From the NCBI GenBank assembly GCA_017521025.1, contig JAFXEB010000003.1, positions 55,506-119,505 of the forward strand: a DNA stretch of 64,000 nucleotides, read 5' to 3'. Below the pieces are notes generated by a model, which was not told the origin of the DNA, did no database searches, and saw only the letters and a program-made list of their open reading frames with translations. A program made the translations under genes and the position numbers. Source of the stretch: Clostridia bacterium (GTDB taxonomy: Bacteria > Bacillota > Clostridia > Oscillospirales > CAG-382). Positions 1-10,176 of the stretch are shown here, piece after piece (positions within the stretch are counted from its first letter, which is position 1; each line of letters begins with the position of its first letter).

Positions 1-272
1 CAGTTATCGCAACGGGTAGAAGTGACTTCCCCAACCAGATCAACAACGTTCTCGCATTCCCCGGTATCTTCCGTGGTGCTTTCGATGTGAGAGCCTCCGA
101 TATAAACGAGGAGATGAAGCTTGCTGCTGCTGAGGCTATCGCAAGCCTTGTCAGCGATGAGGAGCTTAACCCCGAGTACATTATGCCCGCCGCTTTCGAT
201 GAGAGAGTAGGTAAGTCCGTTGCAGAGGCTGTTGCAAATGCAGCACGTGCTACCGGCGTTGCAAGAATCTAA
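1..272 (+). CDS. NAD(P)-dependent malic enzyme, C-terminal fragment (5' end outside window)
   Basis: Frame 3 reads [31 protein letters not shown]... continuous with the 61-aa ORF. This is the conserved C-terminal part of bacterial malic enzymes. Confidence 0.8.
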   Translation, partial: VIATGRSDFPNQINNVLAFPGIFRGAFDVRASDINEEMKLAAAEAIASLVSDEELNPEYIMPAAFDERVGKSVAEAVANAARATGVARI

Positions 273-275
273 GCT

Positions 276-1550
276 ATGGCAAGCTTTAGTTTACCTTATT
301 TTAAAGAGCATTTAGAGCTTAATGTCCCCGATGAGAGGCTGGCAGGCGTGCTTGTCAGCCGCTCCGAGGACTATGCTCCCGCAGCAGGACAGACTGCGTT
401 GGTAGAGCAGGCGTTGGCTAACCCTATTGCCTCCTCCCGCCTTTCCGAGCTTGCTGTTGGGAAAAAGCATATAGTTATCATCTCCAGTGACCACACCCGT
501 CCCGTGCCCAGCGCAGTGACTATGCCCGTCCTGCTTAAGGAGATTCGCAGTACCAATGCAGACTGCCGTATCACTATTCTTGTAGCAACGGGTATGCACC
601 GTCCCACCACCCATGACGAGCTGGTGGCAAAGTACGGCGCAGACATCGTGGCAAACGAGGAGATAGTTGTGCACGACGCATATAAGGACGAGGATATGGC
701 GTTTAAGGGCATCCTACCTTCAGGCGGTGAGCTTTGGATAAACAAGCTCGCTGACGAGGCTGACCTGCTTATATCCGAGGGCTTTATAGAGCCACATTTC
801 TTTGCAGGCTTCTCGGGCGGTAGAAAGTCAGTTCTCCCCGGCATCGCCTCTAAGAAAACGGTGCTTTGGAACCATAATGCGCTGTTCCTTGCAAATAAGC
901 ATGCCCGTGCAGGCAGTCTTGACGAGAACCCTGTGCACAAGGATATGCTCTTTGCCGCACAGAGCGCAGGACTTAAGTTCATTCTCAATGTTGTCATCAA
1001 TAGCGAGAAAGAGGTTATTGCCGCTTTTGCAGGCGACCTGTGCGAGGCCCACGCCAAGGGCTGTGATTTCGTCAAGTCCTTAGCGCAGGTGGATGCGGTA
1101 CCTGCTGATATTGTTGTTACCACCAACGGTGGTTACCCTCTTGATCAGAACATATATCAGACCGTAAAGGGTATGACCGCAGGTGAGGCTTGTGTAAAAG
1201 AGGGCGGCGTTGTTATTATCGCATCCTCTTGTATGGACGGTCACGGCGGCGAGTTCTTCTATAAGCTGTTGGCTGATAAGCCATCTGCTAAGGCGGCTTA
1301 TGACAGTATCAACGGCGTGCATCCCTCTGAGACCGAGTTTGACCAGTGGGAGGCGCAGATACTTGCCCGTATCCTTTGCAAGTGTACCGTTATCATCGTC
1401 AGCAAGCATTGCGACCCTGATATGATAAAGGCAATGCACATCGGTCACGCCTTCACGTTGGAGGAGGCTATGACTAAGGCTGAGGCGATAGTTGGCGCAG
1501 ACAGTAAGATAACCGTTATCCCCGACGGTATCGCAGTTATTGTAAAGTAA
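276..1550 (+). CDS. LarA-like nickel-dependent lactate racemase family protein (DUF2088 N-terminal domain)
   Basis: 424 aa. The IISSDHTRPVP motif and overall length and architecture are typical of the LarA family. Confidence 0.7.
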   Translation: MASFSLPYFKEHLELNVPDERLAGVLVSRSEDYAPAAGQTALVEQALANPIASSRLSELAVGKKHIVIISSDHTRPVPSAVTMPVLLKEIRSTNADCRITILVATGMHRPTTHDELVAKYGADIVANEEIVVHDAYKDEDMAFKGILPSGGELWINKLADEADLLISEGFIEPHFFAGFSGGRKSVLPGIASKKTVLWNHNALFLANKHARAGSLDENPVHKDMLFAAQSAGLKFILNVVINSEKEVIAAFAGDLCEAHAKGCDFVKSLAQVDAVPADIVVTTNGGYPLDQNIYQTVKGMTAGEACVKEGGVVIIASSCMDGHGGEFFYKLLADKPSAKAAYDSINGVHPSETEFDQWEAQILARILCKCTVIIVSKHCDPDMIKAMHIGHAFTLEEAMTKAEAIVGADSKITVIPDGIAVIVK

Positions 1551-1556
1551 TATGCC

Positions 1557-1593
1557 AATGCCCACGGGTACGTTAGCACCCGTGGGCATTTTC
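1557..1593 (+). terminator. Rho-independent terminator after the larA-like gene
   Basis: AATGCCCACGGGT (1557-1569) pairs with ACCCGTGGGCATT (1578-1590), followed by a T-run. Confidence 0.6.
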
Positions 1594-1615
1594 ATCCAAG
1601 TGAAAGGGAAAAGAT

Positions 1616-2281
1616 ATGATAAAAAAGCTGATTATAATTTTTCTGTGCCTGATGCTTGTAGGCGTGGCTGCTGTATTCGGCATCAACGCCCGTGTAAAAA
1701 GCGTGGGCAGGTCAAGGCTTATCAGTCCCGAAAAAGCCGCAAGCCTTGACAGCGTTGACTGTATTCTTGTTCTCGGTTGTAAGGTGAATGGCGACACTCC
1801 CAGCGATATGCTCCATGACAGACTGCTGTGCGGCGTGTCCCTCTACCAAAACGGTGCCGCCCCCAAACTGCTTATGAGCGGCGACCACGGTACCGTCAGC
1901 TATGATGAGGTAAACGCTATGAAACAGTTTGCCATAGACCGTGGCGTGCCCTCGGAGGACGTGTTCATGGATCACGCAGGCTTTTCTACCTATGAAAGCG
2001 TGTACAGAGCAAAGGAGATATTCGGTGCAAAAAGAATAATCATAGTAACTCAGGAGTATCATCTGTACCGTGCCCTTTACGTAGCCAAGCAGTTAGGACT
2101 TGATGCATATGGTGTTCATTCGGATTACAACGCTTACACCAAGCAAAGCTACCGTGAGGTAAGGGAAATACTTGCACGCAATAAGGATTTTTTTACCTCT
2201 CTGTTCAAGGTAAAGCCTACCTATCTCGGTGATGCCATCCCCGTAAGCGGCAACGGTGACGTAACCAACGATAAAACCTGA
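1616..2281 (+). CDS. SanA/YdcF family (DUF218) membrane-anchored protein
   Basis: N-terminal TM helix, then ILVLGCKVNGDTPSDML...LLMSGDHG...IIIVTQEYHLYRALYVA, characteristic of SanA/DUF218. Confidence 0.75.
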   Translation: MIKKLIIIFLCLMLVGVAAVFGINARVKSVGRSRLISPEKAASLDSVDCILVLGCKVNGDTPSDMLHDRLLCGVSLYQNGAAPKLLMSGDHGTVSYDEVNAMKQFAIDRGVPSEDVFMDHAGFSTYESVYRAKEIFGAKRIIIVTQEYHLYRALYVAKQLGLDAYGVHSDYNAYTKQSYREVREILARNKDFFTSLFKVKPTYLGDAIPVSGNGDVTNDKT

Positions 2282-2389
2282 AAATACAATCACGTCTTTG
2301 GGTAGCCTTTATCAAGAAAAATGTGCCGATAATTTGTCGTTTAAACAACAAATTACGATGCTCTTGAGCAAAAAGCACAAAAAATTATC

Positions 2390-2418
2390 TTGACAAGCTG
2401 AATGATTAGGGATATAAT
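2390..2418 (+). promoter_or_regulatory. Consensus sigma-70/SigA promoter for the dockerin gene
   Basis: TTGACA (2390-2395), 17-nt spacer, TATAAT (2413-2418). Confidence 0.55.
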
Positions 2419-2474
2419 TACAGTGATATGGTGCTTTTTTAAAAAGCTTGCTGTAGATTATTATCTATAAGGAG

Positions 2475-4406
2475 ATGTTTGGGTTGAAGAGAAGATTGTC
2501 GTTGCTTTTGTGCCTTTTGATGGTGCTCTCCCTTGTTTCCGGTGCTTACAGTACCTCTCTGTTTATGGTAGATGCCGCAAAGAAAGGGGACGTGGATGCT
2601 AACGGTGATATTACCGCTACGGACTACCTTTTGATGAAAGCCGATATTAAAAGGCAAAGAACATACACTGCCGACGAGCTTAAGGCTTGCGATATAAATA
2701 ATGACGGCGTTGTGACCACCGCAGACCTGATTTTGATAGGTAGCTGTGTAGCAGGCGGCGTTATCCTTGAGTGCGAGCACAGCTTTGGTGCTTGGGTAGC
2801 CACAGGGGATTACAACTGTGAGGGCTTTATGATAACCGAGCGTGCTTGCGACCTTTGCGGTGTTACCGAGACGTCTACGGATACCTCTGATTCCAAGCTC
2901 CGCTCTATAGATGGCAAAAACGTTATGTTTATCGGTAACTCCTTCGTTTACTACGGCTACTGCGTAAACAAGGGCAGCCAGACCAAAACCGATAAGGGCT
3001 ATTTCAAGCAGCTCTGTACCGCAAACGGCGACAGTGTTAACGTGTATGACTACGTTTGGGGCGGCAGAAACCTTGATTATATCTACTCGAACTATCTCGT
3101 TGACTGCACCTCCGACTTCCTCAGCACTATAGACTATGTATTCATCTCTGAGGCGGGCGAGAATAACTCGGGTCTCGTTTCCGACGTACAGAAGATAATC
3201 AATCTTTATCCCTCCTCAAAGACTAAGTTCTTCTACCTTTGCCATTCCTACACCTATCAGGCAGGGCACAGCAATATTAAGAACGCCTTTTCAACCCTCC
3301 AGAGCAAGGGGATAGAGGTAGTTAACTGGGGTCAGCTCGTATATAACGTATGGAAGGGCACCGAAACTGTTCCCGGCGGCGTTATGACCTATAATAAGGA
3401 CTCCTTTATAGTTAACAAAAATGATACCTATCACCAGAATATGCTTTCAGGTTATATCACTGCTCAGATGTGCTACTCCGCACTCACAGGCAAGAGTGCT
3501 GTAGGTCAGCCCTACGCATTCGTAACCGACTCTTCCATCAATTCCAACTATGATACGGCTGCGTATATTTCCAGCTACTATAATTCAGGCACCACCAATT
3601 TTGACGATATACTTGCCTCCGTTCCCGATATGCTCGGCTTCCAGGTGCTTATCGACAAATATCTCAAAAAGTATAACCACACTGTCTTCTCGGGCGGCAA
3701 GCATATCTGCACCGCTGATGAGAGCACGGCCTATGACTACTCTCTTGCTTCTGCAGGGCTTAGCGCAGGCATCTGTAGCTTCTGCGGCGAAACTATACTG
3801 TCCGAGGGCGGCGATAAGGGCACTAACCTTATGTATATAAGTCCCGAGACTATAGCTGCAGCAGGCTGTGCCACCGTTAAGGACTATATGCTTGCAGGTC
3901 ACGGCAATGTATTCTATCAGACCACCGTAGGCTGGGGCAGGTCGGGCTACTCCTCCATCAACGGTATGGCGGCGTCGTGCGACGGCGTCCGTTCAAGTAA
4001 TGGCCTTACCGACGGTACCGAGACCCATTGGAGGGTAAAGAGCCTTACGGGTGCGTTTAACGCCAACGGCGGCACTCCTGCCACTGGCGAGACCTCCTAT
4101 ATATCACTGATAGGCTATGATATGACAAACGCTGTTACAGCCAAGGGTGTCGGCATCTTCTTCAACAGAGTTAACCCGCCCAAGTCCTTCGACCTGCTCG
4201 GCGGCGTTACCGGTGCAGACGGTACCATCACGTGGACAGTTCTTGCATCCTTCGACTCAGCTTCTCAAAGCTATATGAAGTATGACGATACTACCGTAGC
4301 CTTCTTTGCAGATTTCGATGCCGCAACCTTCGATTGCGTTCAGCTTGGCCTCAAGTCTATTGATAAAGTAAACTTCTTTACGTCCGAGCTTGAGCTTTAC
4401 AAGTAA
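2475..4406 (+). CDS. Secreted protein with N-terminal type-I dockerin module; remainder unknown
   Basis: Signal peptide MFGLKRRLSLLLCLLMVLSLVSGAYS. Duplicated Ca-binding segments DVDANGDITATDYLLM and DINNDGVVTTADLILI (about 2586-2759). Confidence 0.7.
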   Translation: MFGLKRRLSLLLCLLMVLSLVSGAYSTSLFMVDAAKKGDVDANGDITATDYLLMKADIKRQRTYTADELKACDINNDGVVTTADLILIGSCVAGGVILECEHSFGAWVATGDYNCEGFMITERACDLCGVTETSTDTSDSKLRSIDGKNVMFIGNSFVYYGYCVNKGSQTKTDKGYFKQLCTANGDSVNVYDYVWGGRNLDYIYSNYLVDCTSDFLSTIDYVFISEAGENNSGLVSDVQKIINLYPSSKTKFFYLCHSYTYQAGHSNIKNAFSTLQSKGIEVVNWGQLVYNVWKGTETVPGGVMTYNKDSFIVNKNDTYHQNMLSGYITAQMCYSALTGKSAVGQPYAFVTDSSINSNYDTAAYISSYYNSGTTNFDDILASVPDMLGFQVLIDKYLKKYNHTVFSGGKHICTADESTAYDYSLASAGLSAGICSFCGETILSEGGDKGTNLMYISPETIAAAGCATVKDYMLAGHGNVFYQTTVGWGRSGYSSINGMAASCDGVRSSNGLTDGTETHWRVKSLTGAFNANGGTPATGETSYISLIGYDMTNAVTAKGVGIFFNRVNPPKSFDLLGGVTGADGTITWTVLASFDSASQSYMKYDDTTVAFFADFDAATFDCVQLGLKSIDKVNFFTSELELYK

Positions 4407-4424
4407 AGTAACAGAACAAATAAC

Positions 4425-4465
4425 ACAAAAAAGAATGCAGGCGTGATTGCCTGCATTCTTTTGTC
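4425..4465. terminator. Bidirectional terminator between convergent genes
   Basis: AAGAATGCAGGC / GCCTGCATTCTT hairpin flanked by an A-run and a T-run. Confidence 0.7.
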
Positions 4466-4496
4466 TAAGCTGTTAAAAACGTCTATTGCCTGCGCT

Positions 4497-6224
4497 TTAG
4501 AAAAGTGTCTTTGTAAAATCGCTAAGAGACTTGAGCTTTGCGTCCACGTCTGCCTCAGTCTCGCCCTTGGCAAGGATATAAACCTTGATCTTAGGCTCGG
4601 TGCCCGAAGGACGGATGATGTAGCTCGAACCGTCGGAAAGCTCATAGAACAGCATATCGGAGGAGGGGAGTCCTGTATCGCTAACGCTGCCGTCAGCAAG
4701 TGTGACCACCTTACCGCTCTTATAGTCACGGGCACGAACAACCTTGAAGCCGCCAATCTCAGAAAGGCCAACCTCACGTAGAGAAGCCATCTTCTCCTTC
4801 ATAGTCTTCATAGGGTCAATGCCTGAAACCACGTTGCTTATGCCGGCTTCCTTATAATAGCCGTACTTTTCATAAACCTCTGCCATTGCAGAGTACAGGG
4901 TCTGCCCCTGCTTTTTATAGTAAGCCGCCATCTCGGCAATAAGCAAAGAAGCCGCAACAGCATCCTTGTCTCTTGCATAGGTGCCGGGCAGGTAGCCGTA
5001 GCTCTCCTCATAACCAAAGAGGAACCCGTAGCTGCCGTCCTTTTCAAACTGCTTTATCTTTTCGCCTATATACTTAAAGCCCGTAAGCACATTCATCATC
5101 GTAACGCCGTTAGCGGTACAAACAGCCTCACCCAGCTCGCTGGAAACAACGCTCTTGATAATGCAGGGGTTGTCAGGCATAGTACCCTTTTCACGTCTGC
5201 CACGGATGATGTATTCAATAAGCAAAGCGCCGACCTGATTGCCGCTAAAGGGGACAAAGTTGCCTTCGGGGTCCTTTACTACTATACCCACACGGTCGCT
5301 GTCAGGGTCGGTTGCAAGAATAAGGTCACAATCAATGCCCTCCGCCTTAGCCATCTCCATGCCGTCAACAAAGCAAGCCTTGCTCTCGGGGTTGGGAGAC
5401 TTGACGGTGGGGAAGCGACCGTCAGGCACAGCCTGAGATGCAACCATCCTCAGATTAGTCACGCCTGAGCGCTTCAGCACCTCGGGAACCAATCTGTAAC
5501 CAGCGCCGTGAAGCGGCGTGTAGATAATGTTAAGGCTGTCGCCGTATTCCTCAAGTGCGTCAGGGCAGACACGGCAAGCCAATACAGACGCCATATAGGC
5601 CTCGTCCACTTCTTCACCAATAACGGTGATAAGCCCTTTTGCAACGCCCTCGTCAAAGGGCAGTCTCTTTACGTCCTCGAATATATCCAGCGCCGCTACA
5701 GTCTCAGATACTACAGCCGCATGGTCGGGGGGGAGCTGTGCGCCATCCTCCCAATATGCCTTGTAGCCGTTGTATTCCATAGCGTTGTGTGATGCGGTTA
5801 TATTGATACCTGCTATGCAGTTAAGATGCAGTATGGCAAAAGAAAGCTCAGGTGTAGGACGCAGACTCTCGAAATAGTAAACCTTGATACCGCTAGCCGC
5901 AAGCACCTCGGCAGAAACCTTGGCAAATTCTATAGAGTTAATGCGTGAATCGTAAGCAATGGCAACACCACGCTCAGCGCCGCCGTTGTCAAGAACGAGC
6001 TTTGCCAGACCTGCGGTATTGTGAGCAACGGTGTAAATATTCATTCTGCCCGTACCTGCGGTCATAATGCTCCTCAGACCCGCAGTGCCAAATTCAAGGG
6101 GCACACCGAACCTTGCCGTTATCTCCTCTGTGTTTCCGGCGATAGATCGAAGCTCTTCCTTAGTAGCCTCGTCAACAACAGGGGAGTTCAGCCATTTATT
6201 ATACATATCCATCATAAGAAACAA
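4497..6224 (-). CDS. pgcA: Alpha-phosphoglucomutase / phosphomannomutase family
   Basis: 575 aa. Phosphoserine loop TASHNAMEYNGYK and Mg loop ATDPDSDR. Length and layout match Firmicutes PgcA. Confidence 0.8.
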   Translation of the reverse strand: MFLMMDMYNKWLNSPVVDEATKEELRSIAGNTEEITARFGVPLEFGTAGLRSIMTAGTGRMNIYTVAHNTAGLAKLVLDNGGAERGVAIAYDSRINSIEFAKVSAEVLAASGIKVYYFESLRPTPELSFAILHLNCIAGINITASHNAMEYNGYKAYWEDGAQLPPDHAAVVSETVAALDIFEDVKRLPFDEGVAKGLITVIGEEVDEAYMASVLACRVCPDALEEYGDSLNIIYTPLHGAGYRLVPEVLKRSGVTNLRMVASQAVPDGRFPTVKSPNPESKACFVDGMEMAKAEGIDCDLILATDPDSDRVGIVVKDPEGNFVPFSGNQVGALLIEYIIRGRREKGTMPDNPCIIKSVVSSELGEAVCTANGVTMMNVLTGFKYIGEKIKQFEKDGSYGFLFGYEESYGYLPGTYARDKDAVAASLLIAEMAAYYKKQGQTLYSAMAEVYEKYGYYKEAGISNVVSGIDPMKTMKEKMASLREVGLSEIGGFKVVRARDYKSGKVVTLADGSVSDTGLPSSDMLFYELSDGSSYIIRPSGTEPKIKVYILAKGETEADVDAKLKSLSDFTKTLF

Positions 6225-6445
6225 ACCGATCCTTCCTTATTATATTACATACATTATACCACAAAGGCACGTAAAAGCAATACGAAAGCCAATATTTCTG
6301 CTAAAATTCACAAAAGATAATGAAAACAATGCCCAAAATTCGAGAAAACCACGTGATTTGTAGAAATAAATGCGAAAAAGGCCTATGTTCACAGAATGTT
6401 TACAATTAAAATCTACGTTTTATACAATTTTTTGGTCCAAACCTA

Positions 6446-6474
6446 TTGCAATTTGCCCAAAGATAGTGTAGAAT
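6446..6474 (+). promoter_or_regulatory. Candidate promoter of the S10 operon
   Basis: TTGCAA (6446-6451), 17-nt spacer, TAGAAT (6469-6474). It leaves a leader of about 185 nt before rpsJ. Confidence 0.45.
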
Positions 6475-6660
6475 AGTGAGGCTTGAGTGCGATGAAGCGG
6501 GAAGTTGCTGCCGCCATGCAGGTAATTTCCGTGGAGTATGTCCGTCAATCGGGCGATAGGGAAAGCGCTTTTTTAAGGGTGTTGTTTGAAACGCCCGAGA
6601 ACGTGTCAAGACCCTGCCACCAAGAAACAATTTACAATATTATTTTAGGAGGCACAAAAC

Positions 6661-6972
6661 ATGGCAAACAAGGAAAAGATCAGAATCCGTCTTAAGTCTT
6701 ATGACCACACCCTCATCGACAAGTGTGCAGAGAAGATAGTTGAGACCGCTAAGAGAAACGGCGCTTCCGTTTCCGGCCCCATTCCTCTCCCCACCGATAA
6801 GGAGATCGTGACTATCCTTCGTGCTGTTCACAAGTATAAGGACAGCCGTGAGCAGTTTGAGAGAAGAACTCACAAGCGTCTTATCGACATCATCAAGCCC
6901 TCTCAGAAGGCTGTTGAGGCTCTCATGAATATCGAGATGCCCGCAGGTGTTGACATAGAGATCAAGCTCTAA
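6661..6972 (+). CDS. rpsJ: 30S ribosomal protein S10
   Basis: [16 protein letters not shown]...; canonical S10 and first gene of the S10 operon. Confidence 0.97.
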   Translation: MANKEKIRIRLKSYDHTLIDKCAEKIVETAKRNGASVSGPIPLPTDKEIVTILRAVHKYKDSREQFERRTHKRLIDIIKPSQKAVEALMNIEMPAGVDIEIKL

Positions 6973-7092
6973 GACTTAAGCAAGGCGCCTCAGGGCGCAC
7001 CAAATTTATGACAATTACGCCAATCGGCGTAAAATAACGGTCATGTTGCCGCCCACGGGGCGGTAACCAATAACCGTAAGGAGGAAAATTTA

Positions 7093-7722
7093 ATGAAAAA
7101 AGGCATCATCGGCAAAAAGATAGGCATGACGCAGATCTTTGATGAAAAGGGCAACGTAATACCCGTAACGGTAGTCGCTGCCGGACCGTGTGTGGTTGTA
7201 CAGAAGAAAACTGTAGCCAAGGACGGTTATGAAGCAGTTCAGCTTGGTTTCTCTGAAATAGAGGACAGAAAGCTGAGCAAACCCGCAAAGGGCCACTTTA
7301 AGAAGGCTGGCGTTCCTTTCAAGAGATATCTGAAGGAATTCAGACTTGAGGATTGCAGCGCACTCAATGTTGGTGACGTAGTTAAGGCTGACACCTTCGA
7401 GGTTGGCGAGAGAGTTGACGTTACCGGCATGACCAAGGGTCGTGGTTTTTCCGGCGTCATCAAGAGATGGGGCTGCCACAGACTCAGAATGTCCCACGGT
7501 ACAGGTCCTGTACACCGTCAGGTAGGTTCCATGGGCGCAAACAGTGATCCTTCCAGGGTTATGAAGAACAAGAAGATGGCAGGTCAGTACGGTAACGAAA
7601 AGGTTACCACCCTTAATCTTGACGTTGTTAAGATCGATAAGGAAAACAACCTGTTGGCAATCAAGGGTGCCGTTCCCGGTTCCCGTGGCGGTATAGTTTA
7701 TATCCGCAATACAGTAAAATAA
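7093..7722 (+). CDS. rplC: 50S ribosomal protein L3
   Basis: [28 protein letters not shown]...; operon position. Confidence 0.97.
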   Translation: MKKGIIGKKIGMTQIFDEKGNVIPVTVVAAGPCVVVQKKTVAKDGYEAVQLGFSEIEDRKLSKPAKGHFKKAGVPFKRYLKEFRLEDCSALNVGDVVKADTFEVGERVDVTGMTKGRGFSGVIKRWGCHRLRMSHGTGPVHRQVGSMGANSDPSRVMKNKKMAGQYGNEKVTTLNLDVVKIDKENNLLAIKGAVPGSRGGIVYIRNTVK

Positions 7723-7734
7723 GGAGGAAAAGAC

Positions 7735-8358
7735 ATGCCTAACATTAACGTTCTTAATATGCAAGGCGGCAACTGCGGTACTATGGAGCTTTCCGAGACC
7801 GTATTTGGTGCAGAGGTCAATGTCCCCGTGCTCCACTCTGTAGTAAGAGCATACCTCCTCAATCAGAGACAGGGCACACAGTCCACATTGACAAGAAGTG
7901 AAGTTTCCGGCGGCGGTAGAAAGCCTTGGAGACAGAAGGGCACCGGCAGAGCAAGACAGGGTAGCACCCGTTCTCCTCAGTGGACCCACGGCGGTATCGC
8001 ACTTGGTCCTAAGCCCAGACTTTACAAGATAAGCATAAACAAAAAGGTTAAGAAGATCGCTATCAGAAGCGCACTTTCCGCAAAGGTTTCCGCAGGTGAA
8101 CTGATTGTCATCGACAATATCGCACTTGACGAGTACAAGACCAAGAAGGTTTGTGAGTTCCTTAAAGCGGTTGACGCAGAGGGTAAGGCTCTTATCGTTA
8201 CCCCCACCGCAGATGCAAAGGTTTACCGTTCTGCGGGTAATATCCCCGGCGTAAAGGCAAGCCCCGTAAACGCAATCAACGTTTACGATATACTTAACTG
8301 TGACAAGCTCGTCATAGCTAAGGACGCCGTTGCCAGGTTAGAGGAGGTTTATGCCTAA
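7735..8358 (+). CDS. rplD: 50S ribosomal protein L4
   Basis: ...GGGRKPWRQKGTGRARQGS... motif; operon position. Confidence 0.96.
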   Translation: MPNINVLNMQGGNCGTMELSETVFGAEVNVPVLHSVVRAYLLNQRQGTQSTLTRSEVSGGGRKPWRQKGTGRARQGSTRSPQWTHGGIALGPKPRLYKISINKKVKKIAIRSALSAKVSAGELIVIDNIALDEYKTKKVCEFLKAVDAEGKALIVTPTADAKVYRSAGNIPGVKASPVNAINVYDILNCDKLVIAKDAVARLEEVYA

Positions 8359-8651
8359 TGAAAACTTGCTACGACATCATAATAAAGCCCGTTATTACTG
8401 AGGCTTCCACGGCTGATATGCAGGACAAGAAGTACACCTTCAAGGTTGCTGTTGACGCCAACAAGAAAGAGATAAAGGCTGCTGTTGAAGAGATCTTCGG
8501 CGTTACCGTTGAAAAGGTTACCACCATCAACGTTAAGGCTAAGGCTAAGAGACTTGGCTACCACTACGGTAAGACCGCAGCTTGGAAAAAGGCTTTTGTA
8601 AAGCTTACCGCTGATTCAAAGACCATAGAGTTCTTTGACAGCTTGATGTAA
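8358..8651 (+). CDS. rplW: 50S ribosomal protein L23
   Basis: YDIIIKPVITEAS...KYTFKV; operon position. Confidence 0.95.
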   Translation: MKTCYDIIIKPVITEASTADMQDKKYTFKVAVDANKKEIKAAVEEIFGVTVEKVTTINVKAKAKRLGYHYGKTAAWKKAFVKLTADSKTIEFFDSLM

Positions 8652-8670
8652 TCGAAAGGAGTTATAAAGA

Positions 8671-9501
8671 ATGGCTACAAAGACATATAAACCTACAACT
8701 CCCTCGAGAAGACACATGTCTACCCCTTCTTTTGAGGAGATCACCAAGAAGACTCCCGAGAAGAGCCTTGTTACCGTCCTTAAGAAGCATGCAGGCCGTA
8801 ACAACACCGGTAGAATCACCGTTCGTCATCAGGGCGGCGGCAATAAGAAGAAGTACAGAATTATCGACTTCAAGCGTCAGAGTGATCTGGCTAACACCGT
8901 TACCGCAATCGAGTACGATCCTAACCGCACGGCTTACATCGCACTCCTGTCTGACACCAACGGCAAGAAGAGCTACATCATAGCTCCTAACGGCGTTAAG
9001 GTTGGCGACGTTCTTTACAGCGGCGCCGGCGCAGACATCAAGCCCGGTAACACTCTTCCTATATCCTCCATCCCCGTTGGTACCTTCATCCATAACATCG
9101 AGCTTTATCCCGGCAGAGGCGCTCAGCTTGTAAGGAGTGCCGGTAGCGCAGCTCAGCTTATGGCTAAGGAAAACGGTATGGCACAGGTAAGACTTCCCTC
9201 CGGCGAGGTTAGATTCGTTCGCTTGAACTGTGTTGCAACTATCGGTCAGGTAGGCAACCTTGAGCACGAAAACGTTAAGCTCGGTAAGGCTGGTAAGACC
9301 CGTCATCTCGGCATCAGACCTACCGTAAGAGGCTCTGTTATGAACCCCTGCGATCACCCCCACGGCGGTGGTGAAGGCCGTTCTCCCATTGGTAGACCTT
9401 CTCCCGTTACTCCTTGGGGTAAGCCCACTCTTGGTTATAAGACCAGGAAGAAGAAGGCTCGCACCAATAAGTTCATAGTCAAGCGCAGAAATGACAGATA
9501 A
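8671..9501 (+). CDS. rplB: 50S ribosomal protein L2
   Basis: [14 protein letters not shown]...[14 protein letters not shown]. Confidence 0.97.
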   Translation: MATKTYKPTTPSRRHMSTPSFEEITKKTPEKSLVTVLKKHAGRNNTGRITVRHQGGGNKKKYRIIDFKRQSDLANTVTAIEYDPNRTAYIALLSDTNGKKSYIIAPNGVKVGDVLYSGAGADIKPGNTLPISSIPVGTFIHNIELYPGRGAQLVRSAGSAAQLMAKENGMAQVRLPSGEVRFVRLNCVATIGQVGNLEHENVKLGKAGKTRHLGIRPTVRGSVMNPCDHPHGGGEGRSPIGRPSPVTPWGKPTLGYKTRKKKARTNKFIVKRRNDR

Positions 9502-9513
9502 GGAGGAACGATT

Positions 9514-9795
9514 ATGAGCAGAAGTCTTAAAAAGGGCCCGTTTGTAGAAGCTAAGCTCTACAGCCGTGTTTGTGACATGAATCAGAAGGGCGAAAAGCGT
9601 GTTTTAAAGACATGGTCCCGTTCTTCTACAATATTCCCCGAGTTTGTCGGCCACACTATCGCAGTGTATAACGGCAAGACCCATGTTCCTGTATACGTAG
9701 TAGAGGACATGGTAGGCCACAAGCTGGGTGAGTTTGCACCCACCCGTACCTTCAGAGGTCACGCTGGTTCTAAGACCTCTAATAACGGCAAATAA
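9514..9795 (+). CDS. rpsS: 30S ribosomal protein S19
   Basis: [11 protein letters not shown]...[16 protein letters not shown]. Confidence 0.97.
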   Translation: MSRSLKKGPFVEAKLYSRVCDMNQKGEKRVLKTWSRSSTIFPEFVGHTIAVYNGKTHVPVYVVEDMVGHKLGEFAPTRTFRGHAGSKTSNNGK

Positions 9796-9812
9796 GGGAA
9801 GGAGATACGAAA

Positions 9813-10163
9813 ATGGAACAAAGAGTAGCAAAAGCATATCTCAGACAGTTGCGTATGTCTCCCCGTAAGGTGCAGATAGTACTTGACCTGATAAGAAATA
9901 AAGACGCAGCCAAGGCAATGGCAATTCTCAAGACTACCAATAAGATCGCTTGCGAGCCTATCGGCAAACTTCTTAAGTCTGCTATAGCAAACGCAGAGAA
10001 CAACCACGGTATGGACGTTGAGAAACTTTACGTAGCACAGTGTTTTGTAACCCCCGGTATGCTCAAGGGTATGAAGAGAGTAATGCCCAGAGCAAGGGGC
10101 GGTGCAGCAAGAATAATCAAGCGCACCTCTCACATCACTATCGTGCTTAAGGAAAAAGAGTAG
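9813..10163 (+). CDS. rplV: 50S ribosomal protein L22
   Basis: [23 protein letters not shown]...; operon position. Confidence 0.95.
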   Translation: MEQRVAKAYLRQLRMSPRKVQIVLDLIRNKDAAKAMAILKTTNKIACEPIGKLLKSAIANAENNHGMDVEKLYVAQCFVTPGMLKGMKRVMPRARGGAARIIKRTSHITIVLKEKE

Positions 10164-10176
10164 GAGGCAGCAGAGT

